A DNA stretch of 64,000 nt, from NCBI GenBank assembly GCA_963666925.2, contig CAXXTC010000001.1, forward strand, positions 1 to 64,000. Reading direction: 5' to 3'. The translations under genes and the position numbers were made by a program. The notes under the pieces are model-generated. The model had not been told where the DNA came from. It did no database searches and was given only the letters and a program-made list of their open reading frames with translations. This document shows, in pieces, positions 33,158 through 42,512 of this stretch; the stretch's first letter is position 1; each line of letters begins with the position of its first letter. This stretch comes from Phycisphaerae bacterium. GTDB taxonomy: Bacteria > Planctomycetota > Phycisphaerae > UBA1845 > Fen-1342.

Positions 33158-35134
33158 TCAGTGGGTGCCCGCGAGCAGTTCCACGAACGGGTCGATATCG
33201 TTGAAATCCGCCGAGTTGTTGCCGTCGATGTCGGCCAGGTCGGCATCGCAATCGGGATAGTCCGCCGCGTACTGCGTCGGGTTGCTCAGCGCCAGGACGA
33301 ACCCGTCAATGTCGTCGAAGTTGATGTACATATCGCAGTTCATGTCGCCGACGCGGTGCGTGCCGTAGATCCGCAACTGCACGTTTTGCCACGTGGCCAG
33401 ATTGCCCGCCACCTCGTCCGCGATCGTTACCGTCCAGTCGCCGGCGGAATGTTCATCCCAGCTCCGCAACGACGTGAAGACGTAATCGACGTAGTTATCG
33501 TTCGAGTCGCTACGCGGCTTAGCGAGGATCGCGGTCGTCCCCCCTGGCGACGTCAGGGTGATCCGCAAATCGCCGACATATTCAGTCTCCACATTAAGCA
33601 CCAGCTCAACGCTCTCGATACGCACATCGTTGTATATGCTCAGCGTCCGTGTCAGGCCGGTGATGTCGTCGTCGGGTACGGCCGCGTCGATCGTCCGCGT
33701 CGGCGTTTCGATCGTGACTTCCGGGCCGACGTTTTCCCAGCTCTGCGCGAGCAGCACGGCGGCATAGGCGTCAACGGCACCGAAGCCATAATTGTGATTC
33801 ACGAGATGGCCGGCCGCGTTGGTGGTCCAGTCGGCCTCGGTGGCGTCACACTGTCGGGCGGAGTTGATCAGCACGTGCTGAACGTCACGCCAGGTCAGGC
33901 TCGGGTTGGCTTCGAGCATCAGCGCAATAGCGCCGGCCGCCAGCGGAGACGCGGCACTCGTGCCGCCAAAGTAAGCCGTATAGCCGCTGCCCCCATAGGT
34001 GCTGAAGATCTTACGCGTGTTCCCGCTGGAGTGTGCGACGGCCAGCATGGAGGCGCCGGTCTCGTTGTAGTCGGAACGGTAGTCCTGGTCGCCGATAGCG
34101 CCGATGGCGAGGGTGTAACGCGAGGAAGCGTAGGGATCGTACTCGACGCGATCGTCGTAGTACCCGCCGTTGCCCGCCGCCCAGACAATGATCGTGCCAA
34201 GCCCGTTTCGGCCGGTGGTGACGGCCTCCACGATGGCATCATGCTCGACTTCCGTCAGATAGGTGATGGTGCCGTTGTCGGTCGGCCCCCAGGAGTTGGA
34301 CTTAATATCGTTGAGGTCGTTGCGATAGGCGAAGGCGATCGCGTTTTCCGCGTCGGTACCGGTGAGTTGTCCGGAGAGCTGCGCTCCATACGCGAGGCCG
34401 ACGCAACCTTCGTTGTTGTAGGCGACGGCGCCGGCCACACCAGCGCAGGCGGTCGCGTGGTAGGACAGGCTGCCGCCGGTTTGGGTAGCTTCCTCGTTGA
34501 AATTGGCGGCCAGATCGGGGTGATCATGCTGCCAGGCCCACTCAACGATGCCGATGGTCACGCCGACACCCGTGACGCCCAGGTCCCAGGCGGGCTCAGC
34601 ATTCACATCAGCGATGGGCAGCTCGGTGTTGTTGAGGTGCCACTGGTTGGGATAGTGCGGGTCCGTCGGCTGGCGCAGAGCCATGGGCCGATGCATCTCG
34701 ACGCTGGCGCTCGTGATAGCTGGTTGGTCAGCGAGCAGGTCGGCGGCCTCCAGAGCTGACTGGACCGTTAGCGTATCGATCAGCCAATAATCATCCAGAT
34801 TGGCGAGTCGGCTCAGCGTCCACGTCGGGTGGTCGGCCACAATCGATGCCAGGGCTTGTTCATCGTTGGCCTTGACGACCACTCGGCTACGGATCTCGTA
34901 GCCCGGGCTGGGCGCCGGCACAATCCCCTGCTTGTCCGCCCGATCCTGGTTCTCACGCCAGGCCGAGCTCGATGACGCTTGCAGGTCGGCCACGCGGAAC
35001 AACGCGGGACCGTGAGCGGTTCGTACCACGATCGGAGCGACCTCGGGCACGCCCGTGTCGCCCGAAGTCTGTCCGTAACCAGTTGCAGGGGTAATCCACA
35101 GGATCAGCAGTGGTATCAGTGCGAGTCGGAACAT
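33158..35134 (-). CDS. Secreted kexin/furin-like S8 serine protease with P domain and dockerin-like module
   Basis: Signal peptide; DP.YP.QWHL; HATACAG; SNSWGP; WAAGNG; GGTSAASP; TWRDVQH; YGFG; P domain; GDMNCD..INFDDID. Confidence 0.92.
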   Translation of the reverse strand: MFRLALIPLLILWITPATGYGQTSGDTGVPEVAPIVVRTAHGPALFRVADLQASSSSAWRENQDRADKQGIVPAPSPGYEIRSRVVVKANDEQALASIVADHPTWTLSRLANLDDYWLIDTLTVQSALEAADLLADQPAITSASVEMHRPMALRQPTDPHYPNQWHLNNTELPIADVNAEPAWDLGVTGVGVTIGIVEWAWQHDHPDLAANFNEEATQTGGSLSYHATACAGVAGAVAYNNEGCVGLAYGAQLSGQLTGTDAENAIAFAYRNDLNDIKSNSWGPTDNGTITYLTEVEHDAIVEAVTTGRNGLGTIIVWAAGNGGYYDDRVEYDPYASSRYTLAIGAIGDQDYRSDYNETGASMLAVAHSSGNTRKIFSTYGGSGYTAYFGGTSAASPLAAGAIALMLEANPSLTWRDVQHVLINSARQCDATEADWTTNAAGHLVNHNYGFGAVDAYAAVLLAQSWENVGPEVTIETPTRTIDAAVPDDDITGLTRTLSIYNDVRIESVELVLNVETEYVGDLRITLTSPGGTTAILAKPRSDSNDNYVDYVFTSLRSWDEHSAGDWTVTIADEVAGNLATWQNVQLRIYGTHRVGDMNCDMYINFDDIDGFVLALSNPTQYAADYPDCDADLADIDGNNSADFNDIDPFVELLAGTH

Positions 35135-35294
35135 GTTGGCCCTCCGCAGCGCATCTCGCGATGGTCATATCGTCGCGTGGGGTCCGCCACGCAATTTGAT
35201 TATACCGCCCGTTCAAGCCGACCCCATGCTGAAATGTTGCGATTCTGCAACCACAGGAATCCGCTACGCAGGTGGGGGGACGTTTGCGACCATT

Positions 35295-35335
35295 AAAAAA
35301 CGTCGGAACCTTGCCGTGCGGCGAGGCTCCGACGT
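35295..35335 (-). terminator. Intrinsic terminator in a divergent intergenic region
   Basis: ACGTCGGAGCCTCGCCG-CA-CGGCAAGGTTCCGACG followed by T6. Confidence 0.8.
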
Positions 35336-35366
35336 GTGAGAGAGAGTAAGGAGGGGTATTGCGCAC
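35295..35366 (-). ncRNA. Candidate ~70-nt sRNA with anti-SD seed
   Basis: Lies between a sigma28-like promoter and a terminator; single-stranded AUACCCCUCCUUACUCUCUCUC. Confidence 0.55.
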
Positions 35367-35371
35367 CGTTT

Positions 35372-35399
35372 CTATCGACGTGGCCGGTCGGATTCTTGA
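35372..35399 (-). promoter_or_regulatory. sigma28-like promoter
   Basis: TCAAG-N15-GTCGATAG. Confidence 0.55.
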
Positions 35400-35541
35400 T
35401 GGATTCCGGACCGATCGGACGAGAAATTCCGTGAGCGGTTGCGGCAAGCGGGGCGTGAGCTGGGTGACCCGCTTGGTGGTTGTGAGGCGGGCGGTGCCCA
35501 GGTGGCGGAGTTTGTCGTTATGCTACGAGCCCATCCCGGGA

Positions 35542-35595
35542 CTGTGGCACTGGTTTGTAACCAGTGGGAATCACCGGTTGAAAACCGGTGACACA
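35542..35595 (-). repeat. Palindromic REP doublet, family B
   Basis: The reverse complement nearly matches 32280-32334, including the spacer ATTCC. Confidence 0.8.
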
Positions 35596-35638
35596 AGAAT
35601 GCGGTGTGGTGTCGGCTTCGTTGTTGAAGGGTGTTTTT

Positions 35639-36679
35639 TTGGCGCGGTCACCTATTCAGAAAAAGCTCGGCCTGGCGCGGGCGTGGGCGTCGCGGCACCC
35701 GGTCTGGTGTGCCTGGCAGGTCAACTACCGCTGCAACTACCGCTGCACGTTCTGCCACTACTGGGCCGACCCGATGGGCGATCAGCCCGAGCTGACGGTC
35801 GACGATTTCCGGACGGGCTCCCGCAAACTGGCCCGGTTGGGGGCCATCCTGACCAGCCTCGCCGGCGGCGAGCCGTTAATGCGGCCCGACATCGTCGACA
35901 TCGTCGACGCGGTGGCGGAATGGCATTTCCCGTTCATCACGACCAACGGCTGGTTCTCGACGCGGGCGCTGGCTGACGACTTGTTCGCGGCCGGCCTGTG
36001 GGGGGTGTCCGTCAGCATCGACTACCCGGACGCACAGCGCCACGATCAGCGCCGCGGCACGCCGGGGGCGTTCGAGCGGGCGCTGGCGGCCATCGAGGAT
36101 TTCAGCGCCGCCCGGCAGCACAAGTGGCAACGCGTCAATTGGATGTGCGTCCTGATGGAGGACAATCTCGACGAGATCGAAACCATGATCCGCATGGCGG
36201 CCGAGCGCGATGCGTACTTCATGGTGCAACCCTACGGCGTACGCAAGACGGGTGCGACGCGCTTCGTTGCCAAACACGACGGGGGCGCAAGCGCTCACCT
36301 GCTCGACCTTCGGCGGCGCTATCCGAACTTCCTCTCCAATCCGTTCTTCCTGTCGCGGTTTGACCAGGCGCTCAACGGCGGCGTGCCCAGGTGCGGAGCG
36401 GGACGGGGGTTCTTCAGCATCGATTCGACCGGCGACGTCGCGGTCTGCGTCGAGGAGCGTGCCCGGCCGGTGGCAAACCTGTTCGAGCACTCGGTCACCG
36501 AAATCGTTCGCCGTCTACGTCGCGATCCGGTCCCACGTACCTGTCGGGCGTGCTGGTACAACTGCCGCGGAGAGATCGAGAGCCTGTACGATCCGTGGGG
36601 GCTGGTGCAGAGCCTGCCGACACTGCTGTTCGATCGCGGACGCCCGCCACTGGGCCAACAACAGAGCCAGCAGCGGTGA
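35639..36679 (+). CDS. Radical SAM protein with SPASM/twitch-like C-terminus
   Basis: CNYRCTFC, GGEP, TTNG, CGAG..GDVAVC, CRACWYNC. Start uncertain; TTG at 35639 chosen because 35588 lies inside the REP. Confidence 0.88.
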   Translation: MARSPIQKKLGLARAWASRHPVWCAWQVNYRCNYRCTFCHYWADPMGDQPELTVDDFRTGSRKLARLGAILTSLAGGEPLMRPDIVDIVDAVAEWHFPFITTNGWFSTRALADDLFAAGLWGVSVSIDYPDAQRHDQRRGTPGAFERALAAIEDFSAARQHKWQRVNWMCVLMEDNLDEIETMIRMAAERDAYFMVQPYGVRKTGATRFVAKHDGGASAHLLDLRRRYPNFLSNPFFLSRFDQALNGGVPRCGAGRGFFSIDSTGDVAVCVEERARPVANLFEHSVTEIVRRLRRDPVPRTCRACWYNCRGEIESLYDPWGLVQSLPTLLFDRGRPPLGQQQSQQR

Positions 36680-37380
36680 CGCCGACGGAACTCCGGGCAG
36701 CGGGGCACGACCTGGACTCCACCAGCTACGAGCGACTGCGGCAATTCGCCGACGCATTGCTAATCGAGAATCAACACATCAATCTGACGGCGGCACGGGA
36801 CGCGGAGACGCTGTGGCAGCGACACATCTGCGACAGCTTGGCGTTGTTGACGCCAATAGCGGCGGCGGATGCCCGGCGGGTGTTGGACGTCGGCAGTGGC
36901 GGCGGGCTGCCGGGTGGGCCAGTAGCGTGCGTGCGGCCCGCGGCGCAGGTCGTGTTGCTGGAGGCGACGCGGAAGAAGACGCTGGCGATCGAGCGGATTC
37001 TGGCGGGTGCGGGCGTGACCAATGCACCCGCGGTTTGTGAGCGGGCGGAGACATTGGCGCACCAGGCGGAACATCGCGAGCAGTATGACGTCGTGACGGC
37101 CCGGGCGGTGGACACGCTGGCGACGCTGCTTGAGTACGTGGCGGGGTTTGTGCGTGTAGGGGGACAGGCCTGGCTGTTCAAGACACAGGACACCTGGGAA
37201 CGTGAGGTAGCGCAGGCGGAGACTGCGGCCCGGGCGTGTGGTCTGGTTCTGTGTGGAACGCAGGGGTATTTGTTGCCGGGCGAGACGGAGCCGCGCATGC
37301 TGGTGGGCTATACCAAGCATATCGCACTCTCAGAAGAGCTGCCGCGTGCCGTGGGAAAGCCGCACAAGAAGCCCCTATAA
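36676..37380 (+). CDS. rsmG: 16S rRNA m7G527 methyltransferase RsmG
   Basis: NLTA, RHICDSL, LDVGSGGGLPG, RAE, YDVVTARAV; GTGA overlap with the upstream stop. Confidence 0.92.
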   Translation: MTPTELRAAGHDLDSTSYERLRQFADALLIENQHINLTAARDAETLWQRHICDSLALLTPIAAADARRVLDVGSGGGLPGGPVACVRPAAQVVLLEATRKKTLAIERILAGAGVTNAPAVCERAETLAHQAEHREQYDVVTARAVDTLATLLEYVAGFVRVGGQAWLFKTQDTWEREVAQAETAARACGLVLCGTQGYLLPGETEPRMLVGYTKHIALSEELPRAVGKPHKKPL

Positions 37381-37412
37381 ACACGCACGTTTTCATTGGT
37401 TCCACATCGCAA

Positions 37413-37482
37413 GTGGGGCGGGCGTCCCGCCCGCCATGCCTGGATTGCGGACTCTAAACGGCGGGCGAGACGCCCGCCCCAC
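37413..37482 (+). repeat. REP doublet, family A
   Basis: GTGGGGCGGGCGTCCCGCCCGCC (37413-37435) and an inverted copy (37460-37482). Confidence 0.85.
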
Positions 37483-37755
37483 CTCCCGTGGAATGTAGAT
37501 AGCGTGAGAGACTGCGCTGGCAACAGCAAACGCGGCGCCGTTTCGTGGTGCTGTTGCCAGGCACACCAAACGCGACGAAGCGCCACAACTCTCGACAAGA
37601 TGAGGGTTGCCTAGAGCCCAAAGCGCGGGAACATTCGAGATGTTGGGATCAGGAGGTTGTGTTGCTGTGTTTTCGCCTGCCGCCCCTGCCATACCAAGCC
37701 CGCCGTTTGTTACCCGCCGTGTTCAAACCGTTTTACCTGGAAGGGAGGACTGGCC

Positions 37756-40020
37756 ATGCGTACGCTCATGATCGCTATTGCGCTGGTGATGGGGCCTGCG
37801 CTGGTTTTGGGGCATGACTATCGACCCGGGGATCTGAATTCGCGGGAACGTCCTGCGCTGTCGACGACAGGAGTGCCGCCGATGGCTTCGCTACGCGAGT
37901 TCGCAACTGACACGGACGTCCTGCACTATCGGCTGGACATCGCCGTCGATCCGCAGGGAGGCTGGCTGGGCGGATCGAACACGATAACGGTGCGTAGCCT
38001 GAAGGATGGTCTGAGCACGTTTCGGTTCGGGTTGACCGACGCGTTGACGATTGGCGCTATTAATGTCGACGGCGCGGCCGCCACATGGCAGCGGATCGAT
38101 TCGGCGACGGTCGAAGTGGAGCTGGGGCGCTCCTATGACGCGGATGAGACCTTCGAGGTTAACGTCGAGTACGAGGGCGAGCCGGAGTCGGACGGAGACT
38201 GGGGGTCGATCGTCTTCCGGCGTCGCAGTGACGACGTCTGGGAAACCTGGACGCTGAGCCAGCCGTGGTGGGCGCACACCTGGTGGCCGTGCAAGGATTA
38301 TATACCGGACAAGGCGACCGCCGACTTGCTCATTACCGTTCCGAATGACCTGCTCGTAGCGTCCAACGGGTTACTGTTGGATGTGCAGGACGTTGGCACT
38401 GACCAGCGGCAGTTCCATTGGCGTACGGACTATCAAATCGCGACCTACCTGATCTGCATGGCGATCACGAACTACGTCAATTACCAGGCGACGTGGGAGC
38501 ATGATGGCGGGGACATGCTGCTGGATTTCTACATCTACCCGGAATGGGATGGTCCCGAGTATCGTGCCGCGCTGCTGGCCACACAGGACATGCTCGACGT
38601 GTTCTCCGAGCTCTATGGCACCTATCCATTCTTCGACGAGAAGTATGGCATTTACCAGTGGGCCTACGGCGGCGGCATGGAACACCAGACCATGACCGGG
38701 CAGAACTATCCCATCGAGTGGTTGACCGCACACGAGCTGTCGCATTCCTGGTGGGGCGATTCCATCACCTGTGCCACCTGGAGCGACATCTGGCTGAACG
38801 AGGGCTTCGCGACGTACAGCGAGGCGCTGTGGTTCGAGTTCAAGCCGGGCAGCCACGGTGAGGTCGCCCTGCACGCGGCGATGGAAGATCGCCGGCCGAG
38901 CCCCTCTCTGGAGTCGCTCTATGTTTACGACGCCAGTGACATGAACCGCGTCTTCGACCGGAACATGTCTTACCTGACGGGTGCCTGGGTGGTGCACATG
39001 TTTCGACACGAGCTCGGCGACGAGGCGTTCTTCGATACACTGGCGGCTTATCGGGCGTTATACGACGGCGACAGCGCGACTACGGATGATTTCTGCGCCG
39101 TGGCCGAGATGGTGACCGGACGCGAGCTTACGCCGTTCTTCGAGGGCTGGGTGTACGGGCGCGGCTGGCCGCGCTATCGCTACGCCTGGCGTGAACTGGA
39201 GCTGGGTGGGCAGAGCTACGTGGAGCTATACCTGCTTCAGATGCGCAGCGCGGTGTTCCCATCGCTGATGACGATGACGCTCGATGTGGCGACGGATAGC
39301 GGCGGCAATGAGAGCCGCTACCAGATCTTCAACGATGCGGAGGTCGAGCATTTCCTGTGGCCGGTGGCCGACGGCGTGATCCACGCGTTCGAGCTCGATC
39401 CGGACGGCTGGATCCTGCGTTATGACGACGAGCTGGCTGACGAGTTTGTGGAGGGTCCGCCGAAAGTGGTGGCGACCGTGCCGGCCCCGGAGGCGAGTGT
39501 CGAAGCCGGCGCCGTAGCGGAGTTGTCGGTCGCGTTTCACAAGGACGTGAACGTGGCGGCGAGTGATTTCGAACTGGTGGAAGCCGGCGGGGCTACGGTG
39601 GAGCTGACGCTGGCGTATGATGCCGGCACGTTCACGGCTACGCTGACGCCGGCAGCACCACTGCCAGCGGGCAACTACACGCTGACGATCAACGACAGTG
39701 TGACGGATGTGGCGGCTGGCCTGGCGCTCGACGGCGAACTGGAGGCGCCGCAGAAATTTACGCTGCTGCCCAGCGGCGATGGTGAGCCGGGCGGGGCCAC
39801 GGTGGTGCACTTTACCGCCGGCCTGCTGCTGGGCGATCTGAATTGCGACAACGAGTTGAATTTCGACGACATTGACGGATTTGTGCTGGCCCTCGGTAAC
39901 CCGGAGGCATATGTGGCCCAGTATCCCGAGTGCAACGCGGCCCGGGCTGACATCAACGGCGACGGTGCGATCAGCTTCGACGACATCTCGCCGTTCGTGT
40001 CGTTGCTGGGAGGTAGCTAG
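37756..40020 (+). CDS. Secreted M1 aminopeptidase with Ig-like domain and dockerin-like module
   Basis: GGAGG RBS, signal peptide, GGMEH, HELSHSWWG...WLNEGFA, GDLNCD..LNFDDID. Confidence 0.93.
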   Translation: MRTLMIAIALVMGPALVLGHDYRPGDLNSRERPALSTTGVPPMASLREFATDTDVLHYRLDIAVDPQGGWLGGSNTITVRSLKDGLSTFRFGLTDALTIGAINVDGAAATWQRIDSATVEVELGRSYDADETFEVNVEYEGEPESDGDWGSIVFRRRSDDVWETWTLSQPWWAHTWWPCKDYIPDKATADLLITVPNDLLVASNGLLLDVQDVGTDQRQFHWRTDYQIATYLICMAITNYVNYQATWEHDGGDMLLDFYIYPEWDGPEYRAALLATQDMLDVFSELYGTYPFFDEKYGIYQWAYGGGMEHQTMTGQNYPIEWLTAHELSHSWWGDSITCATWSDIWLNEGFATYSEALWFEFKPGSHGEVALHAAMEDRRPSPSLESLYVYDASDMNRVFDRNMSYLTGAWVVHMFRHELGDEAFFDTLAAYRALYDGDSATTDDFCAVAEMVTGRELTPFFEGWVYGRGWPRYRYAWRELELGGQSYVELYLLQMRSAVFPSLMTMTLDVATDSGGNESRYQIFNDAEVEHFLWPVADGVIHAFELDPDGWILRYDDELADEFVEGPPKVVATVPAPEASVEAGAVAELSVAFHKDVNVAASDFELVEAGGATVELTLAYDAGTFTATLTPAAPLPAGNYTLTINDSVTDVAAGLALDGELEAPQKFTLLPSGDGEPGGATVVHFTAGLLLGDLNCDNELNFDDIDGFVLALGNPEAYVAQYPECNAARADINGDGAISFDDISPFVSLLGGS

Positions 40021-40075
40021 CGGCACAACTCCACAACGAACGTCCAACACGCTTCCCCATAGGCCACGTTGGATG

Positions 40076-40113
40076 CCCCCGTGCCCTCCCGGGCGCGGGG
40101 GATTGTTTGTTTT
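40076..40113 (+). terminator. Probable terminator between the M1 paralogs
   Basis: CCCCCGTGCCC...GGGCGCGGGGG stem followed by ATTGTTTGTTTT. Confidence 0.6.
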
Positions 40114-40184
40114 CGGGGTTAGCTCCACGGTATGATGCGGGTGGTGGTCGTCAGCGCGGCCTGACACGTACGCGGAGGCAGAAG

Positions 40185-42452
40185 ATGCGTTACCGGACCC
40201 TGGCGGGGGCGTTGCTGTTGTTGTTGTCGATCGTCGTTGTGCCGCGGGCTCAGGCCTGGCACCTCCCGCGTGGCCACCACGGCCATGCGCCCGTACTGTT
40301 GGCGGCTCCGCGGCCTGACGCACCCCCGCCGGTGGAACGCGACCTACGCAACCAGACCGACGTGCTGCACTACGATCTGACGCTCGAGATCAACTTCTCG
40401 GGCCGATCGCTGACGGGTTCCAACACGATGACCGTGCGCAGCCTGACGGATGGGCTGACGACCTTCTACTTTCGGCTGCACGACGTCTTCACGATTGACG
40501 CGCTGACCATCGACGAGACGCCGGTGGATTTCGCGTGGCTCGACGAAGCGAACGTGGAGGTCACGCTGGATCGTCCATACGACGCGGACGAGGAGTTTGC
40601 GCTGCGCGTGGAGTACCATGGTTCTCCGCAGCAGGGATTGGGATACGGCGGGATCTACATCTCGAGAGATCGGGCATTCTCGCTGAGCCAGCCGTGGTTT
40701 GCGTACACGTGGTGGCCGGCTAAGGACGACGTGGAGGATAAGACGACGGCGGAGCTGCACTTCATCGTTCCGGACGACATGACGGTCGCGTCGAACGGGG
40801 TGCTCCAGTCGGCTACGCCGGTAGGGACTGGTCGACTGGAGTATTACTGGTTCACCGACTACCAGACGGCGGATTATCTCTACTGCTTCGGTGCGGCGGC
40901 CTACAACACGTTCTCGGACGTGTGGACTGACCACGGCTATGCACTGCCGCTGGAGTATTACATATTCCCGGAGAGTGACACGTCGGCGCATCGGGCCGCG
41001 TGGCTCCAAGCGAATGAGATGATGTCGACTTTTACCAGTCTCTACGGGTTGTACCCGTTCGTCATGGAAAAGTACGGCATGTACCAGTTCAGCAATGTGT
41101 ACTTCAGCGGGATGGAACATCAGACCATGACGGGGATGATGGGGTTTGAGGAATCGACCATCGCGCACGAGCTGGCGCACCAGTGGTGGGGCAATTACGT
41201 AACCTGCGCCTCCTGGCACGACATCTGGCTGAACGAGGGTTTCGCGACTTATTCGGAGGCGTTGTGGGAGCAGTACAAGCCGGGCAGCACGGGTTGGCCG
41301 GCGCTGCACGCGGCCATGGCGGAGCGGCGGCCGGCCCCGTCGCTGGGCACCGTGTACATCTATGACATCTCCGACTACGAACGGATCTTCGATTACAACC
41401 TCTCGTACCTGAAGGCGGCGTGGGTGCTGCACATGCTTCGGCACGAGGTCGGCTACCAGGGGTTCTGGAACGTGCTCGGGACGCATCGGGGGCTGCATGA
41501 GGCTGGCACGGCCACGACCGAGGAATTTCGCCTCACGGCCGAGGCTGCGACCGGGCGGGATCTGTCGGGCTTCTTCGACGGGTGGATCTATGGACGCGGC
41601 CGGCCGCGCTACGAGGTGGCCTGGCGCGGGTTCGAGCTGGAGGGGCAGCAGTACGTGTCGCTGTACCTGCGGCAGGTACGCAACGCGGTGTTCCCGTCAC
41701 TGTTCACGCTTACGCTGGACGTGGTGGCCAGCGCCGACGGAGCGGTGAGCCAGCACCAGGTCTACAACGATGCGGAAGTCGAGCACTTCTTGATTCCGAC
41801 CGAAGGTACGGAGCCCGTGGATTCATTGGAGATTGACCCGGACGAGTGGATCCTGCGTTATCCGATCGAGTGGGCGGGCGAATTCGTCGAGGGGCCGCCG
41901 AAGGTGATCGCGACAACGCCGGTGCCGGGGGAGGAACTGCCGATGGACACCGTGATGGCGCTGGAGGTGGTGTTTCACAAGGACGTGGTCGTGTCGGCGG
42001 AGCAATTGACTCTGAACGGGCCCGATGGTGCGGTCGAGTTTGATTTCGCGTACGACTCGCAGCGCTTTGCGGCCCAGATAACGCTGGCCGAGCCGCTGGC
42101 GTGGGGGGATTACGAGCTGGTCGTCAGCGACGCGGTGGTGGATCAGGCGGCGGGGCTGACGCTGGACGGCGAGCTGGAAGCGCCGCAGAAGTCGGCGCTG
42201 TTTCCGAGTGGCGATGGCGAGCCCGGCGGCGCGTTAGAACTGCCGTTCACGATCATCGGCCCCCTGGGCGATCTGAACTGCGACGGGTACGTCAATTTCG
42301 ACGATATCGACGGATTTGTGCTGGCGCTGGTTGATCCGGACGCATACGCGGCCGCGTGGCCGGAGTGTGATTACATACGGGCGGACGCGAACGGCGACGG
42401 AGCAGTCAACTTCGACGACATCAACGGCTTCGCAGCCCTCCTGGCGGATTAG
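40185..42452 (+). CDS. Second secreted M1 aminopeptidase (tandem paralog) with dockerin-like module
   Basis: GGAGG RBS, signal peptide, SGMEH, HELAHQWWG...WLNEGFA, GDLNCDGYVNFDDID. Confidence 0.93.
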   Translation: MRYRTLAGALLLLLSIVVVPRAQAWHLPRGHHGHAPVLLAAPRPDAPPPVERDLRNQTDVLHYDLTLEINFSGRSLTGSNTMTVRSLTDGLTTFYFRLHDVFTIDALTIDETPVDFAWLDEANVEVTLDRPYDADEEFALRVEYHGSPQQGLGYGGIYISRDRAFSLSQPWFAYTWWPAKDDVEDKTTAELHFIVPDDMTVASNGVLQSATPVGTGRLEYYWFTDYQTADYLYCFGAAAYNTFSDVWTDHGYALPLEYYIFPESDTSAHRAAWLQANEMMSTFTSLYGLYPFVMEKYGMYQFSNVYFSGMEHQTMTGMMGFEESTIAHELAHQWWGNYVTCASWHDIWLNEGFATYSEALWEQYKPGSTGWPALHAAMAERRPAPSLGTVYIYDISDYERIFDYNLSYLKAAWVLHMLRHEVGYQGFWNVLGTHRGLHEAGTATTEEFRLTAEAATGRDLSGFFDGWIYGRGRPRYEVAWRGFELEGQQYVSLYLRQVRNAVFPSLFTLTLDVVASADGAVSQHQVYNDAEVEHFLIPTEGTEPVDSLEIDPDEWILRYPIEWAGEFVEGPPKVIATTPVPGEELPMDTVMALEVVFHKDVVVSAEQLTLNGPDGAVEFDFAYDSQRFAAQITLAEPLAWGDYELVVSDAVVDQAAGLTLDGELEAPQKSALFPSGDGEPGGALELPFTIIGPLGDLNCDGYVNFDDIDGFVLALVDPDAYAAAWPECDYIRADANGDGAVNFDDINGFAALLAD

Positions 42453-42512
42453 CTCGCGGGTCTCGGGCCGCGGCGGGGTCGCTCTGCGGGCGTGTCTGCG
42501 TACAATGCCGGC

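Noticed and set aside
33161..34759. Long antisense ORFs (also 30143-31405, 40344-41498, 61246-62307, 23665-24690)
   Set aside because: Shadow frames of high-GC3 genes with no motifs.
35359..35976. ORF with a perfect TAAGGAGG RBS and TTG start
   Set aside because: It runs through a REP and out of frame over the radical SAM gene with no recognisable protein features. The RBS is better explained as the complement of the sRNA seed.
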